The notes under the pieces: model-generated
What the model saw: the letters and a program-made list of their open reading frames with translations, nothing else
The model's database searches: none
What the model was told of the DNA's origin: nothing
Position numbers and translations under genes: made by a program
Part shown: one piece after another, positions 10,217 through 19,603 of the stretch
Layout: each line of letters starts with the position of its first letter
How positions within the stretch are numbered: position 1 is the stretch's first letter
Source of the DNA: Cyanobium gracile PCC 6307
Lineage (GTDB): Bacteria; Cyanobacteriota; Cyanobacteriia; PCC-6307; Cyanobiaceae
Direction of reading: 5' to 3'
Length of the DNA: 32,000 nt
Assembly: GCF_000316515.1 (NCBI RefSeq)
Contig: NC_019675.1
Coordinates: 1,171,964-1,203,963, forward strand

Positions 10217-11706
10217 TGTTCGACGAACTCTCCCAGCGCTTTGAAGACGCGGTCAAGGGACTGCGGGGCCAGGCGGCCATCTCGGAGACGAACGTCGATG
10301 GCGCCCTCCGCGATGTGAGGCGCGCCCTGCTGGAGGCCGACGTCAGCCTGCCGGTGGTGAAGGAGTTCATCGAGGAGGTGCGGCGCAAGGCCGTGGGCGC
10401 CGAGGTGGTGCGCGGCGTGAGCCCGGACCAGCAGTTCATCCAGCTGGTGCACGCCCAGCTCGTCGAGACCATGGGCGGCGCCAATGCCCCCCTGGCGCGG
10501 GCCGCGGAAGGGCCCACCGTGATCCTGATGGCCGGTCTGCAAGGAGCCGGCAAGACCACCGCCACCGCCAAGCTGGGCCTGCACCTCAAGGAACAGGGCC
10601 GCCGTCCCCTGCTGGTGGCTGCGGACGTCTACCGGCCTGCCGCCATCGATCAGCTCCAGACCCTGGGCCGCCAGATCGGCGTGGAGGTGTTCAGCCTGGG
10701 CAGCGAGGCCAGCCCGGAGGCCATTGCCGCCGCCGGCGTGGCCAGGGGTCGGGAGGAAGGCTTCGACACCGTCCTGGTGGACACCGCCGGCCGCCTCCAG
10801 ATCGACACCGCGATGATGGGGGAGATGGTCCGGATCCGGGAAGCGGCGGCCCCGGATGAGGTGCTGCTGGTGGTGGATTCGATGATCGGCCAGGAGGCGG
10901 CCGATCTCACCCGGGCCTTCCACGAGCAGGTGGGCATCACCGGCGCGGTGCTCACCAAGCTGGACGGCGATTCCCGCGGCGGGGCCGCCCTCTCGATCCG
11001 CAAGGTGAGCGGCGCCCCGATCAAGTTCATCGGCACCGGGGAGAAGGTGGAGGCCCTGCAGCCGTTCCACCCGGAGCGGATGGCCAGCCGGATCCTGGGC
11101 ATGGGCGATGTGCTCACCCTGGTGGAGAAGGCCACCAAGGAGGTGGAGCTGGCCGATGTGGAGAAGATGCAGCGCAAGCTGCAGGAAGCCAGCTTCGATT
11201 TCTCCGATTTCGTGCAGCAGATGCGCCTGATCAAGCGCATGGGCTCCCTCGGCGGGCTCATGAAGCTGATCCCCGGGATGAACAAGATCGACGACGGCAT
11301 GCTCCGCCAGGGGGAGAGCCAGCTGAAGCGCATCGAGGCCATGATCGGCTCGATGACCGAGGCCGAGCGCCGCCAGCCCGAACTGCTCGCCGCCCAGCCC
11401 TCCCGCCGCCGCCGCATCGCCGCCGGCAGCGGCCACACCCCGGCGGATGTGGACAAGGTTCTCGCCGACTTCCAGAAGATGCGCGGCTTCATGCAGCAGA
11501 TGACCCGGGGCGGGATGCCCGGAATGCCCGGGATGCCGGGCATGGGTGGCTTTCCAGGCATGGGTGGGGGCATGCCCGGCATGGGTGGCGGCATGCCGGG
11601 AATGGGGGGCATGCCGGGCATGGGCGGTCCCGGTGGCCGCGGCGGCGGCCAGCCCCGCAAGCCCCCCAAGCCGGCCAAGAAGCGCAAGGGATTCGGCCAG
11701 CTCTGA
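10216..11706 (+). CDS. ffh: Signal recognition particle protein Ffh (SRP54)
   Basis: N domain followed by a G domain with [45 protein letters not shown] and GTGEK. M domain with a Met-rich tail. Confidence 0.95.
   Translation: MFDELSQRFEDAVKGLRGQAAISETNVDGALRDVRRALLEADVSLPVVKEFIEEVRRKAVGAEVVRGVSPDQQFIQLVHAQLVETMGGANAPLARAAEGPTVILMAGLQGAGKTTATAKLGLHLKEQGRRPLLVAADVYRPAAIDQLQTLGRQIGVEVFSLGSEASPEAIAAAGVARGREEGFDTVLVDTAGRLQIDTAMMGEMVRIREAAAPDEVLLVVDSMIGQEAADLTRAFHEQVGITGAVLTKLDGDSRGGAALSIRKVSGAPIKFIGTGEKVEALQPFHPERMASRILGMGDVLTLVEKATKEVELADVEKMQRKLQEASFDFSDFVQQMRLIKRMGSLGGLMKLIPGMNKIDDGMLRQGESQLKRIEAMIGSMTEAERRQPELLAAQPSRRRRIAAGSGHTPADVDKVLADFQKMRGFMQQMTRGGMPGMPGMPGMGGFPGMGGGMPGMGGGMPGMGGMPGMGGPGGRGGGQPRKPPKPAKKRKGFGQL
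11512..11631 (+). repeat. Imperfect tandem GGN-ATG-CCN/GGN repeats encoding the [39 protein letters not shown] tail of Ffh
   Basis: The direct reading shows 10 ATG codons spaced 9-15 nt apart within about 110 nt, inside the ffh reading frame. Confidence 0.85.
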
Positions 11707-11752
11707 GCAGGCCTGTAGGATTGGGAGCTGCATTTCGACCACCCTTTTCCAG

Positions 11753-12172
11753 ATGATCAAGCTCCGGCTGAAGCGGTTCGGCAAGAAACGGGAAGCGAGT
11801 TTCCGTCTGGTGGCCACCAACAGCACCTCCCGCCGCGATGGCCGTCCGCTAGAGGAACTGGGCTTCTACAACCCCCGCACCAAGGAAACCCGCCTTGACG
11901 CCGAGGCCATCCGCGTCCGCCTTGGCCAGGGTGCCCAGCCCACCGACACCGTGCGCAGCCTGCTCGAGAAGGGTGGCCTGATCGAGAAGACCACCCGTCC
12001 CGCCGAAACCGTCGGCAAGCTGCAGCAGGCCGCCGCCCGTGACGCCGCCGCTGCCGCCGCGGTGAAGGAAGCGGCAGCCGCCGCCGAAGCCGCCAAGGAA
12101 GCCGCCGCCAAGCAGGCCGCTGAGGCCGCCGAAGCTGCCGCTGCCGCCGAACCTGCCGCCGCCAAGGCCTGA
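11753..12172 (+). CDS. rpsP: 30S ribosomal protein S16 with Ala/Glu/Lys-rich C-terminal extension
   Basis: [49 protein letters not shown] is the canonical S16 N-terminus. ATG 11753 lies inside the longer listed ORF 11546..12172. The final roughly 55 aa are low complexity ([47 protein letters not shown]). Confidence 0.93.
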   Translation: MIKLRLKRFGKKREASFRLVATNSTSRRDGRPLEELGFYNPRTKETRLDAEAIRVRLGQGAQPTDTVRSLLEKGGLIEKTTRPAETVGKLQQAAARDAAAAAAVKEAAAAAEAAKEAAAKQAAEAAEAAAAAEPAAAKA

Positions 12173-13185
12173 GCGAGCTCTCCTCCACGTTCGCCCTGCC
12201 CGACAGCGCCGCCGCCATTGCCCTGGCCGGCTCGGACGGCTCTTCGCTGCGTCGGCTTGAGGCCCTCACGGGTGCCCAGATCGTCCTGAGGGGCCTCGAT
12301 CTTCAGATCCGGGGCCGCAGTTCCCAGGTGGAGCGGCTGCAGGCCCTGGTCCAGCTCCTGGAGCCGCTGTGGCAACGGGGCGAGCCCATCGGTCCGGTGG
12401 ACATCCAGGCGGCCCTGACGGCCCTGGACACCGGTCGATCCGACCAGCACCGCAGCATGGGGCTCCAGGTGCTGGCCACGAGCGTCACCGGCCGGCCCCT
12501 GCGTCCCCGCACCCTGCGGCAGAACAGTTATGTCGAGGCGATTGAACGCCACGACCTGACCCTGGCGATCGGGCCCGCCGGCACCGGCAAGACCTTCCTG
12601 GCCACGATCCTGGCCGTGCGGATGCTCCAGGAACGCAAGGTGGAGCGGCTGGTGCTCACGCGTCCGGCGGTGGAGGCGGGCGAGCGGCTTGGCTTCCTGC
12701 CCGGTGACCTGCAGCAGAAGGTGGATCCCTATCTGCGCCCCCTCTACGACGCTCTCCACGGCCTGCTGGGCCAGGAACGCACCACCCAACTTCTGGAGAA
12801 GGGGGTGATTGAGGTGGCGCCCCTGGCCTTCATGCGTGGCCGCACCCTGGCCGATGCCTTCGTGATCCTCGATGAGGCCCAGAACACCACCTGCGCCCAG
12901 ATGCGTATGGTGCTCACCCGGCTGGGTGAGAACTCGCGCATGGTCGTGACCGGTGACACCACCCAGATCGACCTGCCCCCGGGCCAGTTGAGCGGCCTGG
13001 TGGAGGCGGAGCAGGTGCTGGCTGGGGTCGAAGGGGTGGCGATCTGCCGCTTCTCCGACGCCGACGTGGTGCGCCATCCGCTGGTGCAGCGCCTGGTGCA
13101 GGCCTACGCCCGCCGCGATGCCCGCCCGCCGGCCCCCGCCGCCAGGAAACGGATCGATGGCACCCCCACCCGATCGGAGCCTTGA
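12169..13185 (+). CDS. phoH: PhoH-like ATPase (start codon non-canonical or unresolved)
   Basis: Walker [38 protein letters not shown] and [12 protein letters not shown]. PhoH-type N-terminal sequence ([40 protein letters not shown]) is encoded in frame upstream of the first canonical start (GTG 12328). No ATG, GTG or TTG lies between the in-frame stop at 12121 and 12328. CTG 12169 overlaps the rpsP stop as CTGA. The minimal canonical call is 12328..13185. Confidence 0.85.
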   Translation: MSELSSTFALPDSAAAIALAGSDGSSLRRLEALTGAQIVLRGLDLQIRGRSSQVERLQALVQLLEPLWQRGEPIGPVDIQAALTALDTGRSDQHRSMGLQVLATSVTGRPLRPRTLRQNSYVEAIERHDLTLAIGPAGTGKTFLATILAVRMLQERKVERLVLTRPAVEAGERLGFLPGDLQQKVDPYLRPLYDALHGLLGQERTTQLLEKGVIEVAPLAFMRGRTLADAFVILDEAQNTTCAQMRMVLTRLGENSRMVVTGDTTQIDLPPGQLSGLVEAEQVLAGVEGVAICRFSDADVVRHPLVQRLVQAYARRDARPPAPAARKRIDGTPTRSEP

Positions 13186-13688
13186 ACAGCGCCGAACGGC
13201 TGCGCATCCCGGCCCAGATCGCGCTGGCCGCCCTGGTGGCCCACACCCTGGGTTTTTGTTTCACGAGCCTGTTTCCTGGCTACCTGCCCAAGATCGGCGG
13301 GCTCTGGTCGGCGATCTCCGCCGTCGCCGTGACCCAGGTCAGCCCCAAGGATGCGACCTCTTCCGCCTCGCTGCGGATTCTGGGATCGGCGATCGGCGCC
13401 ATCACCAGTTCCGTGTAACTGACGCTGCTGCCCTTTCACCCCCTTGGAATGGCGGCGGCGATCTTCGCCACGGTGGCGATCTGTGCGGCGATCAATGTGC
13501 CCAGCCACGGCCGTCTGGCGGCGATCACGGTGATCGTCGTGATCGTCACCGGCAGCCTGGATCCGGCCCTGAGTCCGGGTCTGAACGCCCTGCTGCGCTT
13601 CCTGGAATCCTGCATCGGCACGGGCGTGGCGCTGCTGGCGGTGTGGCTCTGGCCCGGATCGCGCCACCAGCCCCGGGGCGACGCCTGA
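13182..13688 (+). pseudogene. Small FUSC/aromatic-acid-exporter-like membrane protein interrupted by one in-frame TAA (13416-13418)
   Basis: ORFs 13182..13418 and 13449..13688 share one frame (offset 267 = 89 codons). The 10 codons between them (LTLLPFHPLG) continue a hydrophobic helix. The joined product is about 168 aa with 4-5 TM-like segments. TTG start 13182 overlaps the phoH stop (TTGA). Confidence 0.55.
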
Positions 13689-13794
13689 AGCCTGGCTGCA
13701 GGACGGCGGGCCCGCATGGGGAGATCCGAACCGGCGCTGCTGCCGCAACCCTGGGGCCGCTGGCAAGATGGATTCAGTTTGAAATGCCAGCGCC

Positions 13795-14532
13795 ATGCCG
13801 GCCCGCAGCAACTTTCAGGAAGCGATCCGCGAAGCCCAGTCCAGCGCACTGATCGGTCCCAACGTGGTCAACAAGGCCCTGCCCTATGTGGGCGGCGGCA
13901 TGGTGCTCACCGCTGGTGGTGTCCTCGGTGGCATGTCCCTCATGGCCAGTGCGCCGGCCCTGTTCATGCCCCTGTTCTGGGTGGCCCTGATCGGCAACTT
14001 CATCCTTTTCTTCGTGGCCCAGAACGCCGCCACCAAGGGCAACGCCGCAACCGCCTTGCCGATCCTGACGGCCTACAGCCTGATCACCGGCTTCACACTC
14101 AGCGGCATCGTGAGCTACGCCGTGACTTCGGCTGGTGTTGGCGCTGTTGGCACCGCCGCCTTGGCCACGGGCATCACCTTCGTGATCGCCTCCTTCTTTG
14201 GTCGCCGCATGAGCGACAACGTCGGCCAGGCCCTCAGCGGAGTGGTTGGTCTGGGCATCATCGGTCTGTTGATCGCCATGGTGGTGCAATTGGTGGGCGG
14301 CCTGTTTGCCCCGGCCATCTTCACTGGCGGTAGCTTCGAGCTGATGATCGCCGGCTTCGGCACCGTGCTGTTCGTGGGGGCGGCTTTCGTCGACTTCTAC
14401 ACCATGCCCCGCACTTATAGCGACGACCAGTATCTGGCCGGCGCCCTGGGCATGTACCTCACCTACATCAACCTCTTCATCTTCATCCTGAGGCTGATCA
14501 TTGCCCTCCAGGGTGGCGGCCGCCGCGACTGA
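13795..14532 (+). CDS. Bax-inhibitor-1 / YccA family membrane protein
   Basis: 245 aa with about 7 hydrophobic segments. It has the typical family organisation and a charged C-terminal tail (LQGGGRRD). Internal motifs FILFFVA...LSGIV...FVDFYT...YLTYINLFIFILRL are also present. Confidence 0.8.
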   Translation: MPARSNFQEAIREAQSSALIGPNVVNKALPYVGGGMVLTAGGVLGGMSLMASAPALFMPLFWVALIGNFILFFVAQNAATKGNAATALPILTAYSLITGFTLSGIVSYAVTSAGVGAVGTAALATGITFVIASFFGRRMSDNVGQALSGVVGLGIIGLLIAMVVQLVGGLFAPAIFTGGSFELMIAGFGTVLFVGAAFVDFYTMPRTYSDDQYLAGALGMYLTYINLFIFILRLIIALQGGGRRD

Positions 14533-14564
14533 ACAGCGAACGTTCTCCACAGCCCAGCTTTCCC

Positions 14565-14599
14565 ATGGGCCCGTCCGTTGCGGATGGGTCCATTTTTTT
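14565..14599 (+). terminator. Rho-independent terminator downstream of the BI-1-like gene
   Basis: ATGGGCCCGTCCG (14565-14577), loop TTG, then CGGATGGGTCCAT (14581-14593). This is a 13-bp stem with two G-U pairs, running into a run of 7 T (14593-14599), 33 nt after the stop codon. Confidence 0.75.
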
Positions 14600-14817
14600 G
14601 GCAAGGCAACGGCTCCGGCCAGCCCGATCCCCCGCCCCAGCTCAGCCGTCGCTACGGGCAGAGGCGGAGGACACCGGCGTCGGACGCACCGCGAGCGCCC
14701 GGCTAAGCTCCGATCGATACGAGCTGATCCAAGCAGGGCCAGCACAACATCAGCGGTAAGCCGCACTCCAGCTCAGCGGATCCGGCCCCTTCACCTCTTG
14801 AACACAACGGAAACCCC

Positions 14818-15942
14818 ATGACCAAAACGGCTCTGATCACCGGGATCACCGGCCAGGACGGTTCCTACCTGGCGGAGTTGCTCCTGGAGAAAGGCTACGT
14901 GGTGCATGGGATCAAACGGCGGGCCAGCAGCTTCAACACCGACAGGATCGATCACCTCTACCAGGATCCCCACGAACAGAATCCCCGCCTGGTTCTGCAC
15001 TACGGCGATCTGACCGACTCCACCAATCTGATCAGGATCGTTCAGCAGATCCAGCCTGACGAGATCTACAACCTCGGGGCCCAGAGCCACGTGGCCGTGA
15101 GTTTCGAAAGTCCCGAATACACCGCCAACTCCGATGCCCTCGGCACCCTGCGGATCCTGGAAGCCGTCCGCATCCTGGGACTGATCGACAAGACCCGCAT
15201 CTACCAGGCCAGCACCAGCGAACTCTATGGGCTGGTACAGGAGATTCCCCAGAAGGAAACCACCCCGTTCTATCCACGCAGTCCCTACGGCGTGGCCAAG
15301 CTCTACGCCTACTGGATCACGGTCAACTACAGGGAGGCCTACGGGATGTACGCCTGCAATGGCATCCTCTTCAACCACGAAAGCCCCAGGCGGGGGGAGA
15401 CCTTCGTCACCCGCAAGATCACCCGGGGCCTGGCCCGCATCGATGCCGGTCTGGATCAGGGCCTGTTCATGGGCAACCTCGACTCCCTCCGGGACTGGGG
15501 TCACGCCCGGGATTACGTGGAGATGCAGTGGCGGATGCTGCAGCAGGAGCAACCCGAGGACTTCGTGATCGCCACGGGACGGCAGGAATCGGTGCGCCGC
15601 TTCATCGAGCTCACCGCCGAGGAACTCGGCTGGGGGGGCATCGACTGGAGCGGCAGCGGCGTCGATGAGACGGGCGCCCGGCGTGACACCGGTGCCACGG
15701 TGGTGCGCATCGACCGGCGCTACTTCCGGCCGGCGGAGGTGGAGACCCTGCTGGGGGATCCCACCCGGGCCCGGGAGCGGCTGGGCTGGACCCCCACCAC
15801 CACCCTGGAGGAGCTGGTGGCGGAGATGGTGGCCACCGACAAGGAGGAGGCCGCCAAGGAGGCCACCCTGAGGCGCGAGGGGTTCACCGTCGTCGGCTCG
15901 ATGGAGAATCCCCCCCAGGTCGGGGTGAGCACCGCCCCGTGA
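14818..15942 (+). CDS. gmd: GDP-mannose 4,6-dehydratase
   Basis: Near-colinear with E. coli Gmd as I recall it. Shared segments include [117 protein letters not shown] and PEDFVIATG. Confidence 0.96.
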   Translation: MTKTALITGITGQDGSYLAELLLEKGYVVHGIKRRASSFNTDRIDHLYQDPHEQNPRLVLHYGDLTDSTNLIRIVQQIQPDEIYNLGAQSHVAVSFESPEYTANSDALGTLRILEAVRILGLIDKTRIYQASTSELYGLVQEIPQKETTPFYPRSPYGVAKLYAYWITVNYREAYGMYACNGILFNHESPRRGETFVTRKITRGLARIDAGLDQGLFMGNLDSLRDWGHARDYVEMQWRMLQQEQPEDFVIATGRQESVRRFIELTAEELGWGGIDWSGSGVDETGARRDTGATVVRIDRRYFRPAEVETLLGDPTRARERLGWTPTTTLEELVAEMVATDKEEAAKEATLRREGFTVVGSMENPPQVGVSTAP

Positions 15943-16072
15943 ACCGGCCCGCGAAACGCGGCTATGGTCATGGCCGTGACCCGTTCTCGTCGAAGAGGAC
16001 CTTCGCTGGAACGACGCCCTCTCCCGCGGTCCGCAACCCCGCCCGGCGCCGCGGGGGCCTGACGATTTCCCC

Positions 16073-17037
16073 ATGCTGATCTCAACGAACGATCGGATCT
16101 TCATCGCCGGCCATCGCGGCATGGCCGGCTCGGCCATCGCCCGGCGCCTGGAGGCGGAAGGCCACCGCCACCTGCTCTGCGTCAGCCGTTCTGACCTCGA
16201 TCTCATGGATGGCCCCGCCGTGGCCGCCTGGTTCGGGGATCAGCGGCCCGACGTGGTGGTGCTGGCGGCGGCGCGGGTGGGGGGAATCCTGGCCAACTCC
16301 ACCTATCCCGCCGACTTCCTGCTCGACAACCTCAAGATCCAGCAGAACGTGATCGAGAGTGCCTGGCAGCACGGCACCCGGCGCCTGCTGTTCCTGGGCA
16401 GCAGCTGCATCTACCCCAAGCTGGCCGAGCAGCCGATCCGGGAGGAGGCCCTGCTCGGGGGACCTCTGGAGCCGACCAACGAGTGGTACGCGATCGCCAA
16501 GATCACCGGCATTGAGCTGTGTCGCGCCCTGCGGCTGCAGCACGGCTTCGATGCCATCAGCCTGATGCCCACCAATCTCTACGGCCCCGGTGACAACTAC
16601 CACCCCACCAATAGCCATGTGCTGCCCGGCCTGATCCGCCGCTTCCAGGAGGCCCGCGAGAACGGCACCGAGGAGGTGGTCTGCTGGGGCAGCGGCAGCC
16701 CGCGTCGGGAGTTCCTGCATGTGGACGATCTGGCGGATGCGGCCCTGTTCTGCCTGCGCCACTGGCAGCCGGGCGCCGAAGAGCTCCAGCACATCAACGT
16801 GGGAACAGGAACGGACGTGAGCATCAAGGACCTGGCCACCATGGTGGCCGAGGCGGTCGGGTTCCGCGGACGGATCGCCTGGGACACTTCCAAGCCGGAC
16901 GGCACACCCCGCAAGCTCCTGGATGTGGGCCGCCTGGCCGCCCTGGGCTGGCGGGCGACGATTCCCCTGCCGGACGGACTCCGCCGCACCGTGGCGGAAT
17001 TCGTCAGCGAGCGGGCCAGCGGCGCCGAGGTGCGGCT

Positions 17038-17041
<4 letters not shown>
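16073..17041 (+). CDS. fcl: GDP-L-fucose synthase (GDP-4-keto-6-deoxymannose 3,5-epimerase/4-reductase)
   Basis: IFIAGHRGMAGSAI, AAARVGGILANSTYPADF, LLFLGSSCIYPKLAEQP, EPTNEWYAIAKI, MPTNLYGPGDNYHPTNSHV, REFLHVDD and KPDGTPRKLLDV. Confidence 0.94.
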
Positions 17042-18084
<1,043 letters not shown>

Positions 18085-18094
18085 GGGCCCCGTG

Positions 18095-18118
18095 CCCTGG
18101 CCAGGGCCTGGCCAGGGG
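18095..18118. repeat. Tandem 11-bp palindromic repeat (CCTGGCCAGGG x2) at the galE / TIGR03790-like convergent junction
   Basis: CCCTGGCCAGGG|CCTGGCCAGGGG. 18095-18103 can pair with 18109-18117 (9 bp, loop GGGCC). The element is 10 nt after the galE stop and inside the last 27 codons of the minus-strand gene. Confidence 0.8.
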
Positions 18119-19318
18119 CTCCCCGATGAAGACCCCCTGCCCGGGCATGGCCACACTGCGCCAGTAGCTCTCGATCAGGGTGTCGCCCCGGAGGTAATAG
18201 CTGAGCAGCAGCCCGGGATCGGGGAACTTGGCCGTGAAGTTGCACGGTTCCACCACGGTGCCGTAACTGCCGGTGGCGCCGGCCTCGAGCCAGCGCAGCG
18301 CGCTCATCTGCGGGCTGTCCGTCAGCTGCCCGCCGAAGGAAGTGAGGTGATCGGCGACGGCACCGGGCCGGAAGCGGTTGGTGCGCACGCCCGCGGGGAA
18401 GGCCAGCCCCGTGACGTAGGCCATCACGTCCTGGGCTCCCACCAGGGTGTCGCCGAGGATGATCCGCACCCGCAGGCGGGAGTCGATGGCGGCCTTGACC
18501 CTGCCGTAACCGGCGGCCCGACGGTTGCGCCGGGCATCGCCGGTGCTCAGCAGGTAGGCGGTTCCCGGCGGTGCGGTCCCGTCCGAGGCCACCCCCTGCT
18601 GGATCAGACGCCTGGCTGCCGCCGCGCTGGTGGCGGCCAGCATCATGCTGGGCCGGATGCGCAGCTGATCCCATGGGCGGCGCACGTCACCGCGGGCGAA
18701 CAGGGGGCTCAGGGCTGTGGTGCGGCAACCGCTGGCGCAGAAGCGGGGATCGAGGCCGAGGCTGAAGGCGCTGGTGATCGACTGGCAGCCGACCCGGTAC
18801 GGGGCCGCCCAGGCCAGGGCATAGACCTGGACATGGGCCGGGGTCCGGCGGTCGACGCTGGCCTTGATGCGGCGGAACAGGGCAGGGTTCAGCGAGGCTT
18901 CCCCGGGCGCGAAGCGCACCCGGATCACCTGGTCCGGGGGGATCAGCCGGGCCGCCTGGTACTGCCGGCCGATGGTCTCGCTGAGGGGATCGGCGGCGTT
19001 GACGATGATCGCCAGGTGGCGATGGTCGAGGGGGCCGCGGGAGGGCGGTCCGGCGTCGTTGGAGCGGCTGTCACCCCATGGGCTGCCGCTGGCCGCCAGG
19101 GCCAGCGGCAGCAACAGCGCAACCCCGACAGCCAGGCGACGGCGCCACGCACCCGGTGGCCCGGCGCTGATCGATGCAGCCCCGGCCGGGGGTCGGGAAA
19201 GCGGAGGCCATGGCGAGGGAGAGGCCATGGCGAAGGCGGTGAGGCTGGGGGTTTGGCCGACAGGGGGGGCTCCGAACACGGAGTGGTCCTGGAAGCGAGA
19301 AAGAAAGCGAAGGGTGAT

Positions 19319-19358
19319 GAAAAGACGTGGGTGGCCTGTCGCGGGCCCGACCCACGTC
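19319..19358 (-). terminator. Terminator-like hairpin in the 5' leader of the TIGR03790-like gene (possible attenuator or sRNA 3' end)
   Basis: The minus strand reads GACGTGGGT-CG-GGCC-CGCGACA-GGCC-ACCCACGTC-TTTTC. That is 9 perfect bp plus 4 inner bp after a 2-nt bulge, then 4 U, about 90 nt upstream of ATG 19228. Confidence 0.35.
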
Positions 19359-19603
19359 CTTCCCTTCGTCAGGTCGATCTTAGGACCAGCCCAACGTCGT
19401 GCAGGTCCATGATGGCGGCCTAGATTTGAGATCATCGGCGTTCCTTTTGCCATCCCGATCCCCTGGTCCGCCGGGCTGGGGCAAGCCCCAGCTCCAATCC
19501 CTTGTCGTGTGGCCCGGAGGCGGCTACCCAACCGGACACGGCAGGACGCCCCAGCCCCGACTCCCAATCCGCCATTTCCAGCATCCTTTCCGCCTTGCCG
19601 TTG

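Noticed and set aside
14637-14777. Direct repeat of the 10-mer CCAGCTCAGC (14637-14646 and 14768-14777) in the 285-bp region upstream of gmd.
   Set aside because: It is too short to separate from chance in GC-rich DNA, and there is no associated symmetry or secondary structure. The listed 64-aa ORF 14565..14759 there has shadow-like composition.
15943-16072. Short GC hairpins (CCGCG-AAA-CGCGG, and CCCCGC-N8-GCGGGG) in the 130-bp gmd-fcl spacer, considered as a terminator or attenuator.
   Set aside because: The stems are 5-6 bp with no U-tract. Such structures are expected by chance at this GC content.
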